The translations under genes and the position numbers were made by a program. DNA of 64,000 nt, from contig OZ245365.1 in NCBI GenBank assembly GCA_965226495.1, forward strand, positions 1,376,001 to 1,440,000, in the 5' to 3' direction. The stretch's first letter is position 1. Each line of letters begins with the position of its first letter. Below, in pieces: positions 28,103-37,754 of the stretch. Below the pieces are notes generated by a model. That model was not told the origin of the DNA. It did no database searches and saw nothing but the letters and a program-made list of their open reading frames with translations. The stretch comes from Candidatus Marinacidobacterales bacterium (GTDB lineage Bacteria > Acidobacteriota > Vicinamibacteria > Marinacidobacterales > DATDRI01).

Positions 28103-28834
28103 CTAGGGGATCACGAACTCCTCGGGCTCAAACGGAACGTCGATCAAGAAGGTCTCGTAGACTTCGACGGCCGTCATCTCTCCATTCAGGCCATCCGGGG
28201 ACTGGACCACCTGTTGGCGTTGAACGGGAAAGCCGGTTTCCTTGTTGAGCCACAACTTGGCCTTCGCGGAAGGCTTTCCATTAACATTGACGTCGAACGT
28301 CATCGTCTCGGTGATGACTCCGTCGATCGTTTCCTCGTCATCCCAAGCAAAGTTCGTTACGGTGAGCCAGGTGTGAACGTCGCCGTCGGTTCCCTCGGGG
28401 GCCGAGGCACCACTAAGAACCGCCAGGTTATGGAGGATGCCCATTCGAGTCAGCCCGACGACAATTCCCTCGTTCAAAGCAGCGGGCGCTTCTTCTTCGA
28501 ACGAGTCCGTTCCGTTCCCGACCCACATCTTGGTCCCGTCGGAAACGAGAGCGACGAGGACATTGTTCGATGCGAACTGGCCGGTAAACTGGATACGAGC
28601 ACGATTCCCTTTCGCCAGGATAGCTTTGCCTTCGAAGGCGGATTCGACCGTCCCCGTCGAGCCGGCACCACCCTCTATATGGATCGTCTCCGCCTGGAGC
28701 AGTCTCCTCTCGAGCTGTTGGAACCGCCTCCCGGCCGGGACCTCCGGTTCACCCGTCGGCCAAAAGTCCGAGCAAGATAGCAACGGCAGGACTCCCAACA
28801 TGCTCAAGAGCAATAACTTTGAACGTATCATCAT
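28103..28834 (-). CDS. Hypothetical lipoprotein (LolA-like beta-rich)
   Basis: Lipobox LLSC; GGAGG-like RBS; beta-strand-rich sequence. Confidence 0.65.
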   Translation of the reverse strand: MMIRSKLLLLSMLGVLPLLSCSDFWPTGEPEVPAGRRFQQLERRLLQAETIHIEGGAGSTGTVESAFEGKAILAKGNRARIQFTGQFASNNVLVALVSDGTKMWVGNGTDSFEEEAPAALNEGIVVGLTRMGILHNLAVLSGASAPEGTDGDVHTWLTVTNFAWDDEETIDGVITETMTFDVNVNGKPSAKAKLWLNKETGFPVQRQQVVQSPDGLNGEMTAVEVYETFLIDVPFEPEEFVIP

Positions 28835-28991
28835 CGACAGGTCCTCCCCCGAGACGTCATTCTAAGCGAACCCCGGCATCGGCTTCTAGTTTGAAGCTTT
28901 TTGTTGACCCCGCTGGCCGCCTCACGTATTATCCCCCCGCTTGCCAGCCCGGCTGGCGGCGCTAGTGCTCTCAAGATCGGGAGGCTAAATT

Positions 28992-30038
28992 GTGAATAGT
29001 GAGAAAATTATAACTTCTGTTTGGATTCTTGGCGTAATAGGTGTCTTACTCTTTCTTCTATCTTTCACCGCCTGCTCGAGCCCGATGCCCGTGGACTCCG
29101 AAGAGGACGCGCCGGCGTCTCGGGTGGAGCCGCAGTATTTTCTCGGAGCCGACAAGACTCACAATCGTTTCAGCAGCCTCATCCCCCCGGCGCTGGAAGT
29201 ACCTTCTGGATCTGTCATCGAGGTGCAGACCAAGGAGGCGACAGACGGCCAACTCACGTCGGATTCTGTGGCCGGCGATATCTCGAAGCTCGATTTCGAT
29301 CCCATCCACCCCTTGACGGGGCCCATCTACGTCGAGGCGGCCGAGCCTGGGGACGTGCTCGCCGTTACACTTCACGAAATTGAGGTCGGCGATTGGGGCT
29401 GGAGCGCGATAATACCAGGGTTCGGGTTCCTAGCCGAAGATTTTCCCGATCCCTACCTCAAGACGTTTCGCATCGAGAAAGGCGCGACCGAAGTCGCGTT
29501 CACCGACGGCATCTCCTTGCCGATTCGTCCCTTTGCTGGCGTGATGGGAGTGGCTCCGGAAACTGAAGAGATGCTCACGACCATCCCGCCCCGGGCCAAC
29601 GGCGGGAACATGGACAACAAGCATTTGGTCGCGGGCACGACGGTCTATTTTCCTGTCCTGGTAGAAGGAGCGCTCTTTTCCATCGGAGATACGCACGCCG
29701 CGCAGGGGGACGGAGAGGTTTGCGGTACGGGTGTCGAGGCCCCGATGCGAATCGTCTTCCAGTTGGATGTGATCAAAGGCGGGCGATCTTTGGCCGAGCC
29801 CCAGTACGAGACGGACGCTTATTACGCGGTGACGGCATACGCGGAAGACCTCGACGAGGCGGCCAAGAAAGCTACGCTCTACATGATCGGCTACTTGGTG
29901 GAAGAGCGTGGCCTATCGCGAGAAGACGCCTACGTCCTATGCTCCTTGGCAGGGGATCTCAAGATCTCCGAGGTGGTCGACGTGCCGCACGTTCTGGTGA
30001 GTATGCATATGCCGAAGGGCATATTCAGAGACGAGTAA
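28992..30038 (+). CDS. Acetamidase/formamidase family protein with lipoprotein-like signal
   Basis: HPLTGPIYV, GGNMD, GDTHAAQGDGEVCGTGVE; FTAC lipobox; upstream TTGACC-17-TATTAT. Confidence 0.9.
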   Translation: MNSEKIITSVWILGVIGVLLFLLSFTACSSPMPVDSEEDAPASRVEPQYFLGADKTHNRFSSLIPPALEVPSGSVIEVQTKEATDGQLTSDSVAGDISKLDFDPIHPLTGPIYVEAAEPGDVLAVTLHEIEVGDWGWSAIIPGFGFLAEDFPDPYLKTFRIEKGATEVAFTDGISLPIRPFAGVMGVAPETEEMLTTIPPRANGGNMDNKHLVAGTTVYFPVLVEGALFSIGDTHAAQGDGEVCGTGVEAPMRIVFQLDVIKGGRSLAEPQYETDAYYAVTAYAEDLDEAAKKATLYMIGYLVEERGLSREDAYVLCSLAGDLKISEVVDVPHVLVSMHMPKGIFRDE

Positions 30039-30055
30039 GCTCTTGTTCCTTTATT

Positions 30056-30094
30056 CCCTCGCCCCCTTTGGGGGAGAGGGTAGGGTGAGGGGGG
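30056..30094 (-). repeat. REP-like CCCTCACCC...CCCTCTCCC-GGGAGAGGG element
   Basis: Hairpin-containing repeat between convergent genes; related copies at 31490, 32870 and 32927. Confidence 0.7.
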
Positions 30095-30104
30095 CACTAA
30101 AACG

Positions 30105-31481
30105 CTACTGAATATATCCCAGCGCCTTTAACTCCTCTCGAGCCTGCTCGTCGAGGATGGGCGCCCCACCGTCGCGGAGCGTGAATGTGGCAGCAAGCTC
30201 CAGGTTCTCCCGATTCATCTCATCGTAGTAGTCTCGAAGCTCTCTGGCGATGTGCCTATTTGCTTCGGCGACACTCTTGAGCTCCTCAGGATCCACGCTC
30301 AGATTGTAGAGCTCCACGCGCTTGGCGTCGGGGTTGTAGATCAGATGCCAGGGTCCGCGGTGGACTGACACCTGGTTGGGGTGAGTGGCGATCCGAACAC
30401 GCTCTTCGTCTATCTCACCTTCGCCCTTCATCAGCGGGATAAGGTTCACTCCCTGGAAGCGATAGGGTGGCTCCAAGCCGATCGCTGAGAAGACGGTGGG
30501 CATCACATCGATGGACTCCAACGGAACGTCGACTCTCGATGGCGCCATACCGGGGAGCTTGATGATGAGAGGCACTTGCAGCTGCACGTTGTAGGGCCGA
30601 TTGTGACCCACGTAGCGACGCTCTCCAAGGCTCTCTCCATGATCGGACGTGAAGATGATCATCATCTCATCGTAGAGCCCGAGGCGCTTCAGCTCGTCGA
30701 AGAGCCGTCCTAAAGCAGAATCGACGTACTCGACCTCAGCCGCATAGAGATCGCGTACGAATTGGTAGTCCTCGTCTCCCATCACAACCTTGTTGTAGTA
30801 TCGCGCCCCACATTTGCCCGGATCGACGTGGCCTTCGTACCACCCGGCACGTTTGGCCGCGTATTCCTCGGGCGGGGAATAAGGGCAGTGGGGCTCGTAG
30901 GTATGGAGGAAAAGGAAGAACTTATCGTCGTGGTGCTCGCCTAACCAACGGAACGATTCCTTTTCGAAGGCTTCGATTTGATTGGCCCGCGTGATGGGTG
31001 GAAGCTCGATGTACTCGTCAAAGCCCTTCGAGAAGCCGAACTCGGCCTTCAATTGTCCACCGCCCACGATTCCGGTGGTGGTGAATCCGGCCTGCTGTAG
31101 GGTTTCTAGCGGTGAGACCAAGGTTTCTTCTGGAACAGTCGATTTACTCGTCTTGTGGACGCTCGGATAGAGCGAGTACAGGATGGATTTGTGGGACCGA
31201 GCGGTGGAGGACGCGTGGGACAACACATCGGTAAAGATCGTGCTTTCGGAAGCGAAGCGATCGATGTTGGGACTCGTATCGAGCTCCGGGTTGTAGGAGC
31301 CCAAGAAGTCGGGCCGTAGCGTGTCAATGGAAATCAGAAGGACCTTGTCAACCGGTGCAACGATTGGCTCTGAATCCGTGTTCGCGCATCCCCCGATAAG
31401 GCTGATAAAAAGGGCGGCGAGAAGGAATAAAGGGCGGGGTTTTCTAACGTGATTCATTCTTTGCTGAAGAGGTTTCTTCAT
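30105..31481 (-). CDS. Sulfatase-like (alkaline phosphatase superfamily) lipoprotein
   Basis: LISIDTLRPD, LHTYEPHCPY, TSDHGE, ELYNL..DPEE, LKALGYI; STARSH in place of CxPxR. Confidence 0.87.
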   Translation of the reverse strand: MKKPLQQRMNHVRKPRPLFLLAALFISLIGGCANTDSEPIVAPVDKVLLISIDTLRPDFLGSYNPELDTSPNIDRFASESTIFTDVLSHASSTARSHKSILYSLYPSVHKTSKSTVPEETLVSPLETLQQAGFTTTGIVGGGQLKAEFGFSKGFDEYIELPPITRANQIEAFEKESFRWLGEHHDDKFFLFLHTYEPHCPYSPPEEYAAKRAGWYEGHVDPGKCGARYYNKVVMGDEDYQFVRDLYAAEVEYVDSALGRLFDELKRLGLYDEMMIIFTSDHGESLGERRYVGHNRPYNVQLQVPLIIKLPGMAPSRVDVPLESIDVMPTVFSAIGLEPPYRFQGVNLIPLMKGEGEIDEERVRIATHPNQVSVHRGPWHLIYNPDAKRVELYNLSVDPEELKSVAEANRHIARELRDYYDEMNRENLELAATFTLRDGGAPILDEQAREELKALGYIQ

Positions 31482-32856
31482 CCTTTAATCCCTCTCCCTC
31501 TGGGAGAGGGCCTGGGTGAGGGTACCTTGCGGTATCTTCGGGAAGCATCAGATTCATCAGTGTAGCAGTAATGGCGCCGATCGCGAGACCAGACTCCAGA
31601 ACGACCTTGATGGATGATAGGAGCATGGCCACGACGGGTTGGTCGATAGACTGATCCAAGTTCCCGGCCCATTCGGGCACCATACTGACTCCTAAACCGA
31701 GCGAAAGTGTAATGGCAAGGATGAGCTCGTTCCGCCTCGTCCAGCCACCCGAGCCGACGATTCTGAGACCAGCGAGCGTCACCGTTGCGAAGAGCACGAT
31801 GGTTGCGCCGCCCAACACCGGTCTCGGCATCAAGCCGACTAGAGCCGCCAGTTTAGGGAAGAGCCCGAGGGAAATCAAGATCCCGGCCACCGCAAAGCCT
31901 ACTCGACGTGCCGCGACCCCGGTCAAGCCGATGACGCCGTTGTTCTGTGAGAACGTGGTGTTGGGCATGGAGTTGAAGATGCCGGCGAGCAGACTTCCGA
32001 AACCATCGGCCAGTATTCCTCCCTCCAGCCTTCGAATGAAGACCGGGCCTTGAACCGGCTCACGCGACACGGCCGAGGTGGCGGAAAGATCTCCGATCGA
32101 TTCGATGGTAGTCACGAAGTAGCCGATGATCCACGGGAACAAGTAAACGGGATCGAAGGCAAGGCCGAACCGAAAGGGCATCGGCAGCATCGTCCATGGA
32201 GCGGTTTCCGCCGCGGAAAGATCCACTCGGCCGAGCGCTAGCGCGAGCAGATATCCCGCCACCAGTCCGAGAGCGATCGAGCTCGTTCGTACGAAACCAC
32301 CGCCGAACCGGTGTAACAAAAGTATCGTCGCCGCGACGAAGGCTCCGAGGGCCAAATTTGCACCGCTCCCGAGATCGGGAGCGCCGATGCCGCCGGCGAG
32401 ATCGGTGATGCCCACTGCAATCAGGCTCAATCCAATGAGCATCACGACCGACCCGGTGACGACGGGCGGGAAGAGTCGGCGCGCCAAGCCAATGAATCGG
32501 CTCAACACCATCTCGACGGGAGCCGCCGCCAGGGTCAGGCCGAGAATCAGCGGAAGCCCTCCTGCTTGTCCGGACTGGATCGCGAGAGGAACGAACGTGA
32601 AGCTCGTGCCCTGTACGCTCAACAGTCCGGACCCGAGCGGGCCGAGCCGCTTGACTTGAATGAACGTTGTGACGCCCGAGGTGAAGAGCGCCATGCTAAC
32701 AAAAAAGGCAGTCTCTGCTAGGGTGAGCTCGAGCGCACCCGCGATGATCAGGGGTGGTGTGACGATGCCCACGAACATGGCCAGTACGTGCTGGAGTCCG
32801 CAGAGGAGCGTCGTGGCGAGATTGGGCTTGGCGTCGAGTGCGTAGAAGGGCGTCAT
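31444..32856 (-). CDS. NCS2 family xanthine/uracil permease
   Basis: LQHVLAMF, ESIGD, TTFSQNNGVIGLTGV signature. Confidence 0.92.
   Translation of the reverse strand: MTPFYALDAKPNLATTLLCGLQHVLAMFVGIVTPPLIIAGALELTLAETAFFVSMALFTSGVTTFIQVKRLGPLGSGLLSVQGTSFTFVPLAIQSGQAGGLPLILGLTLAAAPVEMVLSRFIGLARRLFPPVVTGSVVMLIGLSLIAVGITDLAGGIGAPDLGSGANLALGAFVAATILLLHRFGGGFVRTSSIALGLVAGYLLALALGRVDLSAAETAPWTMLPMPFRFGLAFDPVYLFPWIIGYFVTTIESIGDLSATSAVSREPVQGPVFIRRLEGGILADGFGSLLAGIFNSMPNTTFSQNNGVIGLTGVAARRVGFAVAGILISLGLFPKLAALVGLMPRPVLGGATIVLFATVTLAGLRIVGSGGWTRRNELILAITLSLGLGVSMVPEWAGNLDQSIDQPVVAMLLSSIKVVLESGLAIGAITATLMNLMLPEDTARYPHPGPLPEGEGLKDEETSSAKNESR
31490..31522 (-). repeat. REP-like element inside the 3' end of the NCS2 CDS
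   Basis: ccctctccctctgggagagggcctgggtgaggg, translated as PHPGPLPEGEG. Confidence 0.7.
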
Positions 32857-32869
32857 CGACGAACTGGAG

Positions 32870-32980
32870 CCCTCACCCTACCCTCACCCAGAGGGAGAGG
32901 GAATAACGGAAAAAGGCACGGTAGCGCCCTCACCCCGGCCCTCTCCCAAAGGGAGAGGGAGTAAAGGAGGAAAGGCACGA
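32870..32980 (+). repeat. Two tandem REP-like elements
   Basis: ccctcaccc...gggagaggg followed by ggaaa(aa)ggcacg, twice, about 57 bp apart. Confidence 0.75.
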
Positions 32981-34687
32981 TCAATAGCCGGCGGCGTGGC
33001 CGTCCTTCCGTGACTCCGAAGCTCCATAGTAGACCTTGTTCTCGGGATCGAACCGAATGCCCTGGTAACCTCCGAACCCGCCGGGTCTTTCTTCGATTCG
33101 ATGGCCCATCTGCACGAGGTCCCTAAGCACCTCGGCTTCGACGCCGCTTTCCAACGAAAGCGCGCCGCCATCTCTCATTCTTTCTCCTGTGGGTTGAGAC
33201 GAGCCGTAGTGGCGGATTCTGGGGGCGTCGCCGGCCTCTTGCAGGTTCATGCCGAAGTCCACAATATTAATGACGATCTGCGCATGGCCTTGCGGTTGAA
33301 CGTCTCCTCCCATGACGCCGAAGCTCATGAAGGGCTGTCCATCTTTTGTGATGAAGGCTGGGATGATGGTGTGAAATGGGCGTTTGCGCGGCGCGTACGA
33401 GTTGAAGTGTCCCTCTTCTAAGTTGAAGAGCTCCCCGCGGTCCTGAAAGATGAATCCCAGTCCATCAGGAGAGAGGCCGGAGCCCAGTCCGCGATAGTTG
33501 CTCTGGATCAGTGAGACCATGTTGCCTTCGTCATCGGCAACGCTCAGATAGATGGTGTCTCCCGCATCCAAAGCCGGATTCCCCGGCGGGTAGCTTCTTC
33601 CGGCGCGGTTCGGGTCGAGGAGCTTGCGCCTTTCCGCGGCGTATTCTTTCGAGATCAACTGCTCGACGGGAATCTCGTTGAAGTCCGGGTCGGCATAGAA
33701 GCGGGCGCGGTCCTCGAAGGCGAGCTTCTTGGCTTCCGTGAAATGATGGATGTACTCCTTGCTTCCGAAGCCCATGCCCCGGATGTCATAGGCTTCCAAG
33801 ATATTGAGAATCTGAAGCGCGGCAATGCCTTGACCGTTGGGCGGGAGCTCCCAGACGTCGTAGCCCCGATAGTTCGTCGAGACGGGCTCGACCCAATCTG
33901 ATGTGTGACTTGCCATGTCTTCGTAGGAAAGGAAGCCCTCGTTTCTCTTCATGAAGGCGTCGATGGTCTTAGCGATCTCTCCCTTATAAAACACGTCCCG
34001 CCCGCCGTTCGCGATCTTTTCTAGTGTGTTCGCGAGGTACCGGTTCTGGAAGACCTCACCTTTGTTGGGAGCGCGGCCATTCGGCATGAACGTCTCTTTG
34101 AACCCCGGCCACTCTTGGAGAACGGGAACACTCGCTTGCCAGGCATTGGCAATGACCTCCGAAACCGGGAAGCCTTCTCGCGCGTATTGAATGGTCGGGG
34201 CGAGTATGGCCTTCATGGGAAGTTTTCCGAACTTCCCGTGTAGCTCGAACCAACCGTCCACCGCGCCGGGTACCGAGACCGGGAGCGGTCCGTAGGGAGG
34301 AACGTGAGTCAAACCGAGTTTCTTGAAATGCTCGAGCGTGAGCGAAGCGGGGGAACGACCGCTGGCGTTGAGCCCGTAGAGTTGTTTGGTTTTCGCATCC
34401 CAGACGATGGCGAACAGGTCCCCACCGATGCCGTTTCCGGTCGGCTCGACGAGGCCGAGCATCGCGTTGGCAGCAATCGCGGCATCGATCGCATTGCCTC
34501 CCAGCTTCAAGATGTCGATCGCAACTTGCGTTGCCAACGGTTGGCTCGTTGCCGCCATCCCGTGCCTGGCGATCACTTCCGATCGCGTGGCGAACGGCTT
34601 TCCGATTACGCGGTCACCTCCGAACATGAGCATGGGGGTCATGGGGATGGCAACCAATATGAGCGCCACGAACACAGCCGTTTTCAT
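32981..34687 (-). CDS. ggt: Gamma-glutamyltransferase
   Basis: GGNAIDAAIA, GIGGD, catalytic Thr in GDTIYLSV, RPFHTIIP, GVMGG..QPQGH. Confidence 0.93.
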   Translation of the reverse strand: MKTAVFVALILVAIPMTPMLMFGGDRVIGKPFATRSEVIARHGMAATSQPLATQVAIDILKLGGNAIDAAIAANAMLGLVEPTGNGIGGDLFAIVWDAKTKQLYGLNASGRSPASLTLEHFKKLGLTHVPPYGPLPVSVPGAVDGWFELHGKFGKLPMKAILAPTIQYAREGFPVSEVIANAWQASVPVLQEWPGFKETFMPNGRAPNKGEVFQNRYLANTLEKIANGGRDVFYKGEIAKTIDAFMKRNEGFLSYEDMASHTSDWVEPVSTNYRGYDVWELPPNGQGIAALQILNILEAYDIRGMGFGSKEYIHHFTEAKKLAFEDRARFYADPDFNEIPVEQLISKEYAAERRKLLDPNRAGRSYPPGNPALDAGDTIYLSVADDEGNMVSLIQSNYRGLGSGLSPDGLGFIFQDRGELFNLEEGHFNSYAPRKRPFHTIIPAFITKDGQPFMSFGVMGGDVQPQGHAQIVINIVDFGMNLQEAGDAPRIRHYGSSQPTGERMRDGGALSLESGVEAEVLRDLVQMGHRIEERPGGFGGYQGIRFDPENKVYYGASESRKDGHAAGY

Positions 34688-34795
34688 TCCGGGACTCCTT
34701 TCGATGTGAAGCCTGCCTGGTTAACACGCCTTGGCTCGCGATTGTAGGGGAGGGGAAGAGGCAGTTCAAGCCGGGGAAGTGGCTGTGGGCAACTG

Positions 34796-36145
34796 TTATT
34801 CCTCTCGTTTCGACTTCCACCAATCCCTTTCGCGCATAAGCAAAGCGCGAGCATATTCGGCGTGGGACCACATGAGCGGTAAGGCGAACTGAATGTAACC
34901 GCCCTCCGGATGCTTTCGGTCGGGGATCATGCATTTGGAGCCCGTCTCTTTGTAGGAGCGAGCCATGTTGTTCGCCTCTTCCAGGATGCAGTCGAAGTTG
35001 ACGTCCTTTCTGAGGATGGGTTTATGGAATTCTTTTGCGAAATCCTCACCCGGATCCCACTCTTTTTCCATGAACCACTCGAATCGTTTGCAGGTGGACA
35101 GATGCTCTGGGATCTCTCCTTTATCGTTCCTGTAGCGATCGATCGCGCTTAGGAGCTCGTCTCCCCGTTTCTTGTTGCCGCTCCAAAAATGGTACTGCGC
35201 CAGCACCGCGGTGTACTGGAGCCAGGGCCCGTTTCCTGCATGCACGTGGACCGCGAAATCATCGTAGAAAGGAAGATACCGCATGATCATCCCGAACTCG
35301 GGATCGGTCAATTGTTTCTCCATGTAGCTCACGCTCGTCTTCATCTGTTCCTTGTAGTGCAAGAACCCGAAATAAAAGGGGCTGAGGAGAGTGAAATCGG
35401 GACGTAGATCCATCGTTCCCTCTGGATTGATGCGACGGATGTAGCGGTCGCCGGTCATGAAGAGCTCACTAACGGAATGGAGGAACTGCTTGCGGAAATT
35501 CAGGTAGGCGGGTGATATTGCCTTCTGCTCGTCGTACAGAGTGGCGAGCTCATGGGCGAGCGAAAAGGCATAAAGAAACGCGAAATTGACCCAACACGTG
35601 TAGCCACTTTCCAGTGCGGACTCATGAATCGAGGTCGTCGAGTGAAATAGGTTGAGCTCCTTGTGATAAAGCTTCTCGATGCTATAAGTCAAGGCGTGGC
35701 GGATACTCTCGAGGAATTCATCGAGCTCCGGGACGTTCTTCTCCAGTCGGTTCGCGGCCAAGAGATAGTTCCCGATAATAGATACCCCGTGAGCGATGTT
35801 GTCTTCCTGCGCGTAAATGTGACGGCTTTCCCCGTCCGTGTGGTAACGCTGGCCCCAGCTCCCGTCTTCTTCTTGGACGTCCTTCATGAAATGTGCCATG
35901 GACTTCATGAGCTCGAAGGCATCGTCGGCGGCATCGTAACCGGCCGGTGAGCCTACGAGTCGGCGGAAGAGTTGCACAGCACAACTCGTGTCCCGTGGGT
36001 AGACGTACGGGTAGCGGGTCTCTGGAGGGGATGCCAATAACAGTCGGCCATATTTCTCGGAGGGCGCTGTACTCTTCAAGATGATTTTCATGTGCGCTGA
36101 CAGTTTGTCATTCAGTTCTTGGGTTTCTTTTTCTCGCCTGGACAT
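34796..36145 (-). CDS. GH15-like (alpha/alpha)6 glycoside hydrolase/glucoamylase
   Basis: YPYVYPRD, WGQRY, GEIPEH, PLMWSHAEY; start MSRREK with GGAGG RBS. Confidence 0.75.
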   Translation of the reverse strand: MSRREKETQELNDKLSAHMKIILKSTAPSEKYGRLLLASPPETRYPYVYPRDTSCAVQLFRRLVGSPAGYDAADDAFELMKSMAHFMKDVQEEDGSWGQRYHTDGESRHIYAQEDNIAHGVSIIGNYLLAANRLEKNVPELDEFLESIRHALTYSIEKLYHKELNLFHSTTSIHESALESGYTCWVNFAFLYAFSLAHELATLYDEQKAISPAYLNFRKQFLHSVSELFMTGDRYIRRINPEGTMDLRPDFTLLSPFYFGFLHYKEQMKTSVSYMEKQLTDPEFGMIMRYLPFYDDFAVHVHAGNGPWLQYTAVLAQYHFWSGNKKRGDELLSAIDRYRNDKGEIPEHLSTCKRFEWFMEKEWDPGEDFAKEFHKPILRKDVNFDCILEEANNMARSYKETGSKCMIPDRKHPEGGYIQFALPLMWSHAEYARALLMRERDWWKSKREE

Positions 36146-36345
36146 GGTCTTCCTCCGCCTCCGGCCGGAGTATAGACCCAAACGCGCATAGGGGAGAATC
36201 GAGTGTCCGCTTTCGAAGGATAGAGTTCCCAGGGGCGGACAGCGCTTTGCGGCAGAAGGGCTGTTTTGCTGCGAATAGGCGGAGTTTGCGTGGCACATAG
36301 TTTGCTCTTCTGCGAACGGTAGCAGTAGGTGACGAGGAGGTTCCC

Positions 36346-36819
36346 ATGGGCAAACCGGAGCGTGTGCGGGATGTGGTCGCGGGACTTCCAAGCCCGGAGT
36401 ACGTGACCGAAAAAGCAGAGGAAGGTTGGAGGCTTGTAGGGGTCGAGTGGGAACGCGAGGCTCTAGAAAGCGAGCAAGAGACCGGCGGCGTCAATCGCGT
36501 CAGGCACGTCAGGGAAGAGATACCCTTCGGTCTCAAAGTTTCCAAAGATTGTCTCCATCTGGAGGAAGATCCGACTGAAACGGAGACCCTCCTGCTCGTC
36601 CTGGAGATGATCGTCGAGGACAAAACAATGTCGGAAGTCGCGGATGAGTTGAATCGACGGAGTCTCAAGACCCGCCGCGGTTCTGAATGGACCCAGCCGT
36701 CGGTTTTTGCTCTCTTGCCGCGCGTCATCGAGGTGGCCCCGCGCATCTTCTCGAGCGAGGAATGGGTTACGAGGAAGGTAGCGTCTTACCCGCTTCATAA
36801 CGGCAACTCTGCCGATTGA
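36346..36819 (+). CDS. Small protein with a stand-alone recombinase-type DNA-binding domain
   Basis: IPFG...VADELNRRSLKTRRGSEWT; no serine catalytic domain; GAGGAGG RBS. Confidence 0.7.
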   Translation: MGKPERVRDVVAGLPSPEYVTEKAEEGWRLVGVEWEREALESEQETGGVNRVRHVREEIPFGLKVSKDCLHLEEDPTETETLLLVLEMIVEDKTMSEVADELNRRSLKTRRGSEWTQPSVFALLPRVIEVAPRIFSSEEWVTRKVASYPLHNGNSAD

Positions 36820-36873
36820 CGCCCAAAACTCCAGATTTGCGTTCGTCATTCCTTAGGCCTACCATCATGGTCC

Positions 36874-37752
36874 ATGTCTCCAGCGGTCCTTTCGAAGGAA
36901 AACGGCCCACCGTCGTCCCGTCCAGCGCTGAGTGTCGTTCTCATCACCCACAATGCAGCGGCGCTTCTCGAACGAACCGTCGCGGCGGTGTCCTGGGCCG
37001 ATGAGATTCTGGTTGTAGATTCAGGCTCGACGGATCACACCCGCGAGCTCGCGACGCGGTTGGGTGTCACTGTCCTTCTACAGCCCGAGTGGAAGGGCTT
37101 CGGTTACCAAAAGAACTTCGCGCTTGCTCACGCCAACGGGGTCTGGATCCTTCTCCTCGATGCCGATGAGGTGGTGGATCCGACGCTGGCGGGAGAGATC
37201 CAGCGGGTAACGAGGACTCTTGGAGAAACGACCGGATACACCATGGAACGCGTTAACTATTTTTGCGGAGTCCGACTCAGATTCGGTGGATCACGGCCTG
37301 TTCACATCCCGCGACTGTTTCAGAACGGGCGCGGTGTAGTCTCGGAAGACGTCGTCCACGAGCACGTCATCATCGATGGACCGGTGGGACGTCTAAAAGG
37401 GGCCCTGCATCACTACACTACCGACTCCGTGACCGCCCGCGTTCGAAAGGACGACGAGTACTCGAACATCATCTCGCGCGTGCGTTTCCAGGCCGGTCGC
37501 CGGGTGAGTTTCTGGCAGCTCTTGTTCATCATGCCCGCGGTGGTGTTTCGAGACCTCTTCCTCCGGTTGGGAATACTCGATGGCAAGACAGGAATCATCG
37601 TGACTGCGATCGCCGCCTTCTACGCCTTCAGCAAGTACGCGAAGCTCTGGGAGCTTCAGCAACGAGAGGCGAAGGGGAAGACCATGGTCATGAGTGAGTC
37701 GACGACCCCGCCGGCCGAGAGACGGGCACATGTTTCCGAAAGTGCTCCATAA
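36874..37752 (+). CDS. Glycosyltransferase family 2 (WaaE/KdtX-like)
   Basis: VVDSGSTD, GFGYQKN, LDADE, VHE, KYAKL. Confidence 0.9.
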   Translation: MSPAVLSKENGPPSSRPALSVVLITHNAAALLERTVAAVSWADEILVVDSGSTDHTRELATRLGVTVLLQPEWKGFGYQKNFALAHANGVWILLLDADEVVDPTLAGEIQRVTRTLGETTGYTMERVNYFCGVRLRFGGSRPVHIPRLFQNGRGVVSEDVVHEHVIIDGPVGRLKGALHHYTTDSVTARVRKDDEYSNIISRVRFQAGRRVSFWQLLFIMPAVVFRDLFLRLGILDGKTGIIVTAIAAFYAFSKYAKLWELQQREAKGKTMVMSESTTPPAERRAHVSESAP

Positions 37753-37754
37753 AT

